This document shows, piece after piece, positions 1 through 11,838 of a DNA stretch of 64,000 bases. Where the stretch lies: NCBI RefSeq assembly GCF_009914755.1, contig NC_060931.1; one strand, written 5' to 3'. The notes below the pieces were generated by a model. That model made no database searches. It was not told the origin of the DNA and worked only from the letters and a program-made list of their open reading frames with translations. The translations under genes were made by a program, and so were the position numbers. The stretch comes from the human T2T-CHM13v2.0 reference genome, Homo sapiens. The first letter of the stretch is position 1; each line of letters opens with the position of its first letter.

Positions 1-550
1 GGGGTCAGAGTGTGTGTGTGATTATCTTTAGATATTGCCAAACAATTTCTGGAGTGTTTGTACTCAGAGGAAGTCTTTTATAGTCAATAACCTGAAAGCT
101 GGAGTGTGTCATTCACTTTTTTTGTAACCTCATACTCCTAAACATCATTGTAGACCTTGGTACAATTTTTGAATAAAGAAAAATGAGTGAAGAATGCAAA
201 TTAATGTATATATAGAAAAGGGAGGAAAAAATACTGATCAGCATTCAGCCAACATTTTTTGATCCACCATTGGGCCAGAACTGAAATAGCATGCCGTCGT
301 CAAGCATCTGAGCTGGGGTGTAGAGGACAGAGGATAAGAGGATAAAAGATCTGGCATTTGAGGATTGAGGCAGGAACAAAGATCATGATGAACACGGAAT
401 GCCATGTAAAGGAAATTTTTTGTTTAAGGGATAACTTAGTCATTAAAGGTAATTAACATGGAGTGTTTTTCATTTAGAAGAAATAGTGTCTCCCATTCTA
501 GAAGGGAAAGCACAGTTAAGGAGTCCATGAATGAAACTGTATGAAACTGA

Positions 551-832
<282 letters not shown>

Positions 833-2364
833 GTTTTGCAGTTCATGGTAAAATGCATTTTCAAACCAAATGAGTACTTATATATGGATCTCTGTAGACT
901 AGAGTCTTGCAGCAACACAGAATGTAATATAAGGCAAATGCATCTGGGACTTGACCAAAGTTGTTCTGTTTTGTTTTTTTAACTGAAAGTAACAGAAGGA
1001 CCTTTCTTAAATGTGACAGATGGTCCTGCAGTGTGAAACTGAAGGACAGTGTTAAAGCTGGGCTCTAGTATATTGATGATTTCTGCATAAGTGTAAATAT
1101 GCAAATGTATGTATACATGTATTTATGACTTTAGTTTTCGACATTATTTTTAGGTTTTAAGAGTGGCAACTTAGGATTTTAGGGTGATGGCTTTGGAAAT
1201 AACATAAATATACCTTGTACTGAATGACAGACTATTACTACGTTTGCCAGTTTTAAACAGCTTTATTTATGTTCATGTCCTGTAAATTTTTAAGTACAGT
1301 AATTAATATTAGGAAACATTACAGCCCTTATCTAGATTATATGTATACTTGTATTAATAAAAATGTTATTTGTACAAACATTGCACAGACTATTTTAATA
1401 ACATGATTTGTTCTTTAAATTTTATGTGTTTTATTGAAATGTTCTTAAGATGAATACACCTGCCTTTGGATCAACTATTTAAACATTGTATGCATTTTGA
1501 TTTTTCCTACTTTAAGAAAATAAAATAATTTAATTTTACATTAGATTCCACGTTAGATTTGGTTTGAAAAACTAAAATTTCAGATTTCTGAGGATATACT
1601 GTCTTAGACTTATTGTACACACTTAGTTTTTATTCACTTGTTTTCACTCTGAATTTTAATATTTGGCTGATATGAATGCATTGCCTCAAAGGTGATGTCA
1701 TCTTAATTTTTATTCACTTTAAATAACTACATTTTTGTTTATAACTAAGTTTGGAGGGATCCTAAGAGCATTTTTGTGGGTAAAAAAAAAACCTGTGGAC
1801 ATAATGAATTTTGAGACATTGATTGGTGAGGCTTTTATTTCCCTTGAGGAGTCTCTTGTACCTAGCATACATGATAGCTCCTTGTTGGGAAGATAACAAG
1901 AAGGATCTTTGAATACTCTATTGCTGATATAATGCAAGATTTAAATTTATACATATAACTAATTTCAAATGTAATTATCACACTATGTTAAAATTACTTT
2001 TTTCCCTTAGATAATTCAAATTTCTCCACTTGCTTGAGATTATATCATTTCTTTTTCAATTATACTATTATTTCTGAGAATGAAATGGACGATTACACTT
2101 AGAAAATGAGTAATACTGTTTAATAAGTCAGTGATTATATGTGTGCTCAAATAAGTGTTATGTATCAGCTAGATACTGAGCTTTGATAGAATAATTTTCT
2201 TTTGATTATTCATGATGTGTCATCTCTGACCTTGTTTCAGCAAAGTAAACAGCACTCCCCACCCCACCCTCCTTTTTTTACTCGTCTTGGAAAAAGTTAG
2301 TCTTTCAGTACACGTTGCTGGTAAGTAGTTTCCAAGTTACGTGTTGTCACTGGGTTGAAGTATA

Positions 2365-2366
<2 letters not shown>

Positions 2367-2402
<36 letters not shown>
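2367..2402 (+). repeat. (TG)18 microsatellite in the 3' UTR
   Basis: Perfect TG dinucleotide run. Confidence 0.97.
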
Positions 2403-2405
<3 letters not shown>

Positions 2406-2711
2406 CCATAAACTATATTCATATCTGTTTCATTTGGAGGATTTTCTTCTTTGTAATGTAAAGAAATTCAAAGTTATCAAAGTTCCTTAAATGTGTTAGT
2501 TTAGATTCTTTATGTGCCTTTCATGAAAGATATGTTTTCATTAATTTTACTGGTGGACCTGTAATATCCACATTGTGAAGCTGTGTATGAAATTCAACTA
2601 TAATATGAATAAATTTGAATCATGAGAATTATGGGTTAAAAAGCCACAAAGAAGCACATATTGGTGACCATCATTAATGAAATCCTGAACTTTATTCTGT
2701 GTAATTGTGTT

Positions 2712-2727
2712 AATAAATCCTAATAAA
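2712..2727 (+). terminator. Tandem poly(A) signals (proximal major site)
   Basis: AATAAA at 2712-2717 and 2722-2727, TGTA just upstream, and a U/GU-rich tract at about 2793-2835. Other AATAAA hexamers occur at 1356, 1519 and 2608. Confidence 0.75.
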
Positions 2728-3066
2728 TTTAAATTTTTAAAATTTTACAAACCTATTGGCTAAGTACATTTTGGATTAGAATTTAAGTATCAGTCTGTTG
2801 TTTCTTCATTTCTTCTTTTTCTATGCTCTTTTTACAATTTCAGCTACTCCAGAAGCTCAGATTTTCCCTGTTCCAAGCTATGAGATGTGATGCCACATTT
2901 GGAATTGCCTTCTTGATATCCCCTTCTGAGAATCCATTGCCTGCTTTTTAACTCATTATATTCAAAACTAAATTCATCATCATTCTCTCCTTAAACCAGT
3001 TCTCACCCTGACTTTGCCATTTTTCCTTACTAAGTACCATCATCATTTATTCCTTCAATGGGGAAC

Positions 3067-3194
3067 TTTTTAGTTTAAGTTCTGGGATACGTGTGCTGAA
3101 CATGCAGGTTGGTTACATATGTATACATGTGCCATGGTGGTTTGCTGCACCTATCAACCTGTCATCTAAGTTTTAAGCCCTGCATGCATTAGGT
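3067..3194 (-). mobile_element. L1PA-type 3' end fragment (5'-truncated LINE-1)
   Basis: TTTAAGTTCTGGGATACGTGTGCTGAACATGCAGGTT...GCCATGGTGGTTTGCTGCACCTATCAACC matches the antisense L1PA 3' UTR; GGAACT flanks both sides. Confidence 0.85.
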
Positions 3195-4464
3195 GGAACT
3201 CTTCTGATTCCTAATCTCCATTTCAATTTACTGACAGTTCTACAAAGCCTTAAATCTGTTTTTTGTTTGTTTTCCTTTCTATTCCTACTACTATCTATTC
3301 AAGTCTTTGCTAAACTTCCTCTTAAAATGGCATTATTAGTTAAATTCCCCACCTCCCATTTCTCTCTTCTCGAAAAACCCAGGTTAGTTATCCTAATGTA
3401 GAACTGTGGCCCTATCACCTTCTATTCCTTGATCTGCATTGGCTCTGATTTGTCAATAAAATTAAGTATAAGTTAGCCTGCCATTTAATGCTCTTCATCA
3501 CCTGAGGCCTGTTCCTTTCTACACTGTATCCAAATAGTGTCCTGTGCATAACCTGGGCTTTCCTCCAAGTACTGTATTACTTACTACATGTGATATGCTT
3601 AGAGCAGTGCCTACAATGTGGGAAGTGTTCATTTGTGTCTGTCAATGTTATTTTTATTAGCACTTTTAAAATGGTGTGTAAAATGTATTGGCACTTTTAA
3701 ATTTGGCACTTTTAAATTTGTTTGTGATACCTCTTTTAGACTCCTCTGGCATCTGTTCTTCAGGGTGCCCTTCTGGGAACTACATGATTCTGATAGAGCT
3801 GCCAATCGCATTTCTTACTTCTCCGTCTCTAGGCTTAGACCTGACCAATCCGAGTCCTCCAGCATTGGACGAGTGAGCCAATCATTGTCCCAGTTGCCAT
3901 TCTTAAAGTCCCTAAGGCGCTTGTGGTTTCTAAAATTCTCTTCATTTCAGTACCCTTCTAAAAGTCTACTTTTTTATGCCTAATCTAGTTTAATCGAATT
4001 CAGTTTGTTACTGAAAAAGTACTGATTAAAATCCATATGTTCTCATTGAATACTGACAGTAACTAGAGATCAAAAAAGGCTTAAAGAGGTTAATTAACTT
4101 GAGCAAGACCAGATGAAGGTTTTAAACCTAGAGCTTCTGACTCCATGTCTGTCAGAGGACCCCAAAGATGCTACCTTATTTCCAGAAAATGTGTAAGTAG
4201 TGTTTCGCCTATCCCCACTCTGCCCTTGAGTTCCTCTGAGCCATAATAGTTTTTCAGATTTAAAAAAGGAGATACTTATTAATGTCTTTCATCAGAGCTA
4301 TTTTTTACTCCTTAGATGTGAAGCTACTTAAGAGCACAGTTACCATTTTTTACATCATTTGTCGTTTGCAGAACCACCTTATGTAAATGAATTTAGTTGA
4401 TACTGTAATCATTATTACAGATGGTAGCATCATCATTGCTTAGTGTGTTATGTTGGAAGTAGAA

Positions 4465-4720
4465 AGTGATGGTGAAAATCCTAGGCTCTGGCACCCCGTC
4501 TGGCTTCAAATCCTGGCTCAATTTCTTATTAACTGGGAAAATCTGGGCAAATAATTTAGTTTTGCTCTGCCTCCATTTATATCATCTGAAAATAAATAAG
4601 GATTAAATAATCCATTAATTTTAATGGTTGTTGTCAGCATTAAATAAGTTCACAGTACATGTTAAGTACCTAGAGGGGAGTGTGGAATGTATAAGCCGTC
4701 AATACAATTTGCTGTTATTT
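4465..4720 (+). mobile_element. MIR SINE
   Basis: GGCTCTGG...TTCAAATCCTGGCTC...CTGGGCAAATAATTTAG...CTCTGCCTCC MIR core. Confidence 0.7.
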
Positions 4721-4943
4721 GATTATAAATAATAGTTTTAAGGTGCCTTTAAAATCATAATCAGTGCTTAACAAATGGTTGTTGATACGTGCTTTGAATG
4801 AAATGCCTCAAAAACAAAACTCTCATAATTCGTTTTCATAATGAAAACTAAGTGTCTCACATATTGATACTGGAAAATGAGAAAATGCAATCTCTAATCA
4901 ACTTGAGGACACTTCTGTCGTTTTAATGTAACCAATAGTATGA

Positions 4944-5281
<338 letters not shown>

Positions 5282-5710
5282 AGTTTTCTTTTTTAGTTCT
5301 TTTCAAAACCCTTTCTTAACAGTTGAAATGCATTTATATAAAGAAGTTTACGTTTCACAATCCCACTGGCCTGTTTCCCAGGCATTTTTTTAAACCAATT
5401 ACTGTTTGCTTTGGTGTCTGTTGTGATTTCTCTTATTTAGTTGGATTTTGTAGTTACTTTAAAAGTTACGAAATTTCACATTTCATCAAGTCCAGAGGCC
5501 AGAGACACCCAAATATGCACAGACAGGAATCAGCTGCAATTGTCCAAGCCAGAGCTGATTAGGCCTCAACTGGAATAGTCCCACCATGTAATAAATCTTC
5601 CTGAGTATTGTGTATAAGGTCAAATATTTCCAGCTTCTTTGATTTTACTGCCCGTCTTCCTAGGTCTCCATCCGTAAAGTGGATGGAAACACTGTCATTG
5701 AAGGAGCTAG

Positions 5711-6086
<376 letters not shown>

Positions 6087-6157
6087 CTAGACAGAGACTA
6101 TTTTAGCAGATAAGAGTGCCACTTTTAGTAAAAGAAGTTGTCACCTAGAAGAAAGTA

Positions 6158-6512
6158 CAGGTGCTCCTTGACTTACCGTGGGTTAAGTCCTGAAAAGCCC
6201 ACTGTAAGTTGATAATACCTTATTTTGAAAATGCATTTAATACACCTAACCTACCAAATGTAGCTTAGCCTGGCCTAACTTAAAGGTGCTCAGAACACTT
6301 AGATTAGCATACAGTTGGACAAGATAGCATAAAGCCTATTTTACAATAAAGGATATCTCATGTAATTTTCTTGGATACTGTACTGAAAATGAAAAACAGA
6401 TTGATTGCATGGGTACTTGAAATGTGGTTTCTAACTGAATGCATACCAGTTTCGCACCAATGTAAAGTTGAAAAATTGTTAAGTTGGACCATCATACGTT
6501 GGGGACCATCTG
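6158..6512 (+). mobile_element. MER47A-like Tigger (Tc1/mariner) MITE
   Basis: Termini CAGGTGCTCCTTGACTTAC... and ...TACGTTGGGGACCATCTG, TA target duplications at 6156-6157 and 6513-6514, internal AATGCATTTAATACACCTAACCTACC. Confidence 0.88.
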
Positions 6513-7534
6513 TACATAGAGTAGGACTCTTGAGAGCCTAAGGGCCACAGAAATTCCTTTTCCAACTGCAGTGTCTATGGAGGGATTCTTATAATTAATT
6601 TTATTCCTGTGCAAACACACTATCTGTGTATTCTCTATTTTACCAGGATTTTTTGTTTTTGCTAAATTAGACATACAATTTTGCAGTTATTTTTTACTAA
6701 GTTGACAAATGTTTGTACAATTTCAGTGTAAAGCTAGTCTTCAAAATAAACCACTGTGAAGATTGGATATTACCTTGGATTTTCTGTTGTGCACTCTTGA
6801 ATTTTAATTATGTTCTGTGGAAACTTCACAGAGTTTTAGCTTTGATCCTTCCTTCACTTTTGAAAATCAAGAGTAAAGTTAAGTCAAAGCTACTTCTAAA
6901 CAGCTCTATCTTTAATTTCTATTAAATAGTACTGAGGTATCAATTTTGTAGCTTGTGGAATGCGGACTATCCCAGCAGCAAATTCATTAATATGGTTTGT
7001 ATAGGACTCACTTTGCAGCATTCAATTTTAGTATAACATGTTTTCCTGTTTACAAATATAAGTAATTACCTTTCCGTTTTAAGTGACCAATTGTCCTAGC
7101 AATCTACTTCACAAGGCAATTTACCTGTAATAAATATAACTTTTTTGCAGACTTGAGCATACGTTTAAACCATTTAACCATTCTTGAATTTCTTAACATA
7201 GTAAGTTACAAATTTTAACTATGAATCTTCTTCTTCGAAAGGAATCTTGTCTAAATCTAATAAAGCATTTTTCTGGCTGAAGCTGCAATGGAAAGCTTCA
7301 GTATGAAGCTGGCATAAGGAAAGCCAGTAAAAAGTGCCCTTTCTTCTTTCTGAGAGCCCCACCTCTGATCCTCCTACACTTAAGGCTTCTAGATGCAGAT
7401 TTATACAATAGTGCTAAATCAAGACCTTGAAAAATGTACTCATATAGTAAGATTTACTCAAAACCACGAACTCCTCCATTATTTAAAATATGTTAGAGAT
7501 ACATAAATATATAGAGAAAATGCATACATACATA

Positions 7535-7730
7535 ATTTATTGAGTGCCTACTGTGTGCTAGGTACTTTTCTGGGTACCTTACTAATGCTCTCATTTAGTC
7601 ATCAGAGCAGTCCTGCAATATTGGTAAAATTTCCATTTTCTATATAAGGAAACACATTTAAGAGAGGTTAGTATTTTGTGCAATGTTGGCTATCTAGGAA
7701 GTGGCAGAGCTGGGTGTAAAATCTAGAGTT
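7535..7730 (-). mobile_element. MIR SINE
   Basis: ATTTATTGAGTGCCTACTGTGTGCTAGG...GGAAAC...AGAGAGGTTA...AAGTGGCAGAGCTGGG. Confidence 0.75.
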
Positions 7731-7740
7731 AAGACCTTTG

Positions 7741-7858
7741 TTAGCCATATCTTCAAAATCCAGTGTCATTTCTTAGCCATATCTTCAAAATCCAGTGTCA
7801 TTTCTTAGCCATATCTTCAAAATCCAGTGTCATTTCTTAGCCATATCTTCAAAATCCA
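7741..7858 (+). repeat. 32-bp minisatellite, 3.7 identical copies
   Basis: TTAGCCATATCTTCAAAATCCAGTGTCATTTC at 7741, 7773 and 7805, partial at 7837. Confidence 0.97.
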
Positions 7859-8046
7859 ATGGCATAAAGAAGTTTTTCACAAGGGTGCCACATGGTGTAG
7901 TGCAGCATGTCCAACAGCATTGCCTGAACAGATGTTAATAAGTATGCATGATGCACATTAGCATGTCAATGGCTGTGAAAAGCCAGTGCAGTAAAGAAGT
8001 AAAGAGCTCTCTGTGTGTTAACCCTCCATTTCACAAACATAGGAAC

Positions 8047-8292
8047 TGCACAGACACAGCAGCCACTACCCAGGTGTGAATGCAGAGCACTTAAAACGTA
8101 GCTAGTCCAAAGTGAGTTGGCCTATTAGTGTAAAATACAAGAGTTCAGATACACAGAATTTAAAAATTACATGTTGAACTGATTTGTGATATATTGGGTT
8201 ATATAATTTTAAAATTCTACTTTTTTTTACATTTTTAATGTGGTTTTGGAAAATAGGTACTCATGTGTCTTTGCATTATATTTGTATTTGGG
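8047..8292. mobile_element. MER33-like hAT-Charlie element
   Basis: GCAGCCACTA...GAGCACTTAAAACGTAGCTAGTCC...AGTGTAAAATACA...TTACATGTTGAA...GCATTATATTTGTATT. Confidence 0.7.
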
Positions 8293-9503
8293 AAATGAAA
8301 TGCTTTATTTTTCTTCCACAACAACTCTATTTGCATTGCATGGAAATGTTCCCAAGTTTTAGAGAAACACATACAAAAACTAAAAAGGATAGAATGCTAA
8401 AATTTGAATGTGGAAGATGTGGGTCTTGGTGTCTTGAATAAATCACACCTTCAGTGACTTTCTTGGGAAATGGTGGGCCTCAGTAAAGACTTGGACTATT
8501 CCAGTTTTAAATGCTATCGTTTGGTTTGGTGTAATATAGCCTTTCCTGTGGGGGGAAAACCCATCTCATTTTCACTTTAAATATGTCAGCTATAATAAAA
8601 GAGAGACATACACATTTTAAGATCTATACTCTAAAACAGGGTTTTGAAATTAGCAGCTCTCTTTATTTTTAGTTCCAATACATGGAGGGGGAGTTGACCC
8701 TTCAAGATACTGGAAAATTATTAAATCCAGTTTACAGACTCATCTCTTTAGTCTGCAGCCAAATCAAAAGATTAGTGGGTTTTTTTTTAATGTTGTTATT
8801 GTGTTGTGTTTTGTTTTTTTAATATGTTTCAATTCCCCTAGCCAAATTCCTTTCTTTCTCCACACCTCCCACAGGACTGGGCTGAGCACAGTCATGCATT
8901 AAAAAAGCTTCTGAACTTATTTTGGAAAGAGTAGCTCCCTGGAGTGTGGAGGAGGACAGGAATTTGCTATCTGCAGGACTTAAATCAGGATAGAGTATCA
9001 AATATTCCAAGGCCTTACATGCATGTTTTGTTTTTTGATAAAGACAGAAGATTGCAAATGGTTTGCTCTTTAACAGTCAATAAAATCATATCTACTAATC
9101 AATACATTTGAAGTTTACTAGATTCTCAAACTTTCCATAAGATTTGAGTTCATTAGTTTAATGGGATCGATCTGAGAAAAATTAGATTTATGTGCAGATT
9201 TTAGCTACCCTTGTCCTTGGAATGTGTATGCACACACACACACATCTGTGAGAATGATTATTTTCTACTTGATACAGTGTGCATCAAATAAAAGTTTACT
9301 ATATTGGAATATGGGAATAAATTCATTTATAATTAGTTGAAATTGTCCAGACACATATTTTAGAAAAGTATGTTATTTTTGTTTTAAGTTTGGAAGAACC
9401 TGAATGATTAAACCTGATTTAAGTCCCTCTAACAATTATGAAGAAAAAAAAAGACTAGATTTTATATCAATTTAATTGTCTTTTGGTTTAAAATTATGTA
9501 TCC

Positions 9504-9509
9504 AATAAA
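9504..9509 (+). terminator. Candidate distal poly(A) signal of a long GNAI1 3' UTR
   Basis: AATAAA with TGTA at 9497-9500 and a U-rich tract at about 9527-9549; further AATAAA at 9287 and 9316. Confidence 0.55.
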
Positions 9510-9574
9510 GACATTTAAAAAGTAAATTTATGTCCATATTATTTTTAATAATCCAGCCTTTGAAAAAAATCATT

Positions 9575-9885
<311 letters not shown>

Positions 9886-10694
9886 TCACATCATGTTCCT
9901 ATTTATACACATCATTAAGGTAATTCTATTTTTATCTCTTGTATTAAGTTGGTTGAATGCACTTTATTTAAATACATTATGGTTCACATGGAAAGCAGAG
10001 CTTTACATGGAAGAAAAGCAGCATCAATCCTACCTAATTTCTTGGGATCCAAGTTTTTTTTAGGACTGTGATTTTTCTTGGCATTAAGTATGTGGATAAT
10101 CAAAATCAAGGATTATTCTGTTTACTAACACATATTTGACTGGCAATCTCAGGCCAGGGCTGTTTTAAACACGACTTATCTCAAATTTAGCGAAAGAGTT
10201 CACTTAAGTCATATAAACGCTTCATCTTTTCTAATTAAGTGTTATCTCTTTTTTCCATGAACCTTTGGCAAAAATGTCCTTTGTGTTTAGCTACTGTCAA
10301 GGACAGTTTGGAAGCATTTGACCTGTTAAGGAAAATACAGCTGCTATCTCCACTTATAGACATTGTGGCAAAGCTCTAATGAAAAAGCAACTTTAAAAAT
10401 GTATATGTTTCTTCTAATAACTCATTTCACCAAGTCAATTTAATACTTTTAATTTAGGTCTGAAAAGACTAAGGACAACATTTGGTGTGGATAGGTTTTT
10501 AAAAATTTTGCCACAGAGATTTGGACAGAACAAAACTATTATATTGACATTATTATTTTTACTCCAAACCCTGTTTTTCCACAGTATTTAGGAATAAGAG
10601 TGTAAGTGTGTGAACTCAGGTGTCATTTACTTTTCAAATGACAACTTAGCACCTTTGCTGTGAAAAGTCCCATTTAGGGACACAAAACAGGAAT

Positions 10695-10905
10695 AGTAAT
10701 GAAGAGGCCAGACTGTCTGAAACTGAATCCTGGCCCTGCTGCCTCCAATTGTGTGACTTTGAATAAGTTACCTGGCCTTTCTATGCCTCAATGATTTCCA
10801 TATAAAATGAGGATAACATTAGTGCTGTCCTCCTGTAGTTGCTGCAGGGACTCATGAGTTATTAATGTAAGGTGCATGATGTGTGCCAGACACATGGTAA
10901 TTGTG
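10695..10905 (+). mobile_element. MIR SINE
   Basis: GAATCCTGGCCCTGC...TGTGTGACTTTGAATAAGTTACC...TGCCTCA...TAAAATGAGGATAA. Confidence 0.75.
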
Positions 10906-11347
10906 ATGGAACTTTTAAATATAAATTTCATCATAGTGATGTTGGTGATGATGACAAATATGAAGAATAGAGAGGAAAAGAAAACGGAGATAGACATTTA
11001 AGTAACTAATTGTAATTCAAGGCAAAACAAAATGGGTTTGGTGACCGTCTGTTCCAGCACAGTTCCAGTTTATCTCTATTGTCACAGCATGATTATTAAC
11101 TTCATCCCATTGCAGTCTCAGAATGGATCTATAGTCCTGGACATAAGAGCAACCTGATATGAGAGGTCACAGGACAGACTTAAGGCCTTACGAAGGAAAA
11201 GACTTTTGAACTGACCCATAAAAGGAACAGGGGCAGAGAGGGAAAGTCATTTCTCTGTCTGTTGCCCAGCTCTTCGTGAAGGGGAGCTAGAAGAAGCTAC
11301 ATTTTCCTTTAGTTTTCAGCAGAGCAGAAAAAAATTCCAAACAAGAC

Positions 11348-11838
11348 TATATTAATGTTCTATTGCCACTGTAACAATTTACCACAAAATTACTGGTATA
11401 AAGCAATATAAATTTATACACTTAAATTCTGGAGGTCCAAAGTCTAAAATGGGTCCATGGGACTGCGCATCATCTAGAAGCTCTAGGGGAGAATCTGTTT
11501 CTTTGCCTTTTCCTCTTTCTAGAGGCTGTTCACATTCCCTGGCTCATAAGCCCTTCCACTGTCTTCAAAACCCAAAGCCTATCCTCTTCCCTCCAATCTC
11601 TGCATCTGTCCTTACATTTTCTCTATATGTGTTCTGACTCCTGCCTCTTTCCTATAAGGACCCTTTTGATTACACTGAGCTCATCTGGGTAATCCGGAAT
11701 AACCTCTGTAATTTAAGAGGCTTAATTTAATCACACGTGTAAAATCCCTTTCACCCTATAAAGTAACATGTCCACAGCTTTCAGGAATTAGAACATGGAC
11801 AACTTTTGGTGGGGGCGGTGTGTTATTCAGCCTACAAC
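11348..11838 (-). mobile_element. MaLR solo LTR (MLT1C/D-like)
   Basis: TATTGCCACTGTAACAATTTACCACAAA...TTCTGGAGGTCC...CTAGGGGAGAATCTGTTTCTTTGCCTTTTCC...TTATTCAGCCTAC. Confidence 0.82.

Larger units (their letters stand above)
833..2750 (+). other. GNAI1: GNAI1 3' UTR, proximal (~1.9 kb) form
   Basis: AU-rich sequence free of interspersed repeats from the stop codon to a tandem AATAAA pair; repeats begin only after about 2900. Confidence 0.8.

Noticed and set aside
7741-7858. 32-bp repeats as a CRISPR array
   Set aside because: Units are head-to-tail with no spacers, there are no cas genes, and the DNA is primate.
7900-8040. Similarity among about 7940-8040, 13400-13480 and 18100-18270
   Set aside because: Most likely independent decayed copies of one ancient hAT-type repeat; I cannot name the family or fix the boundaries reliably.
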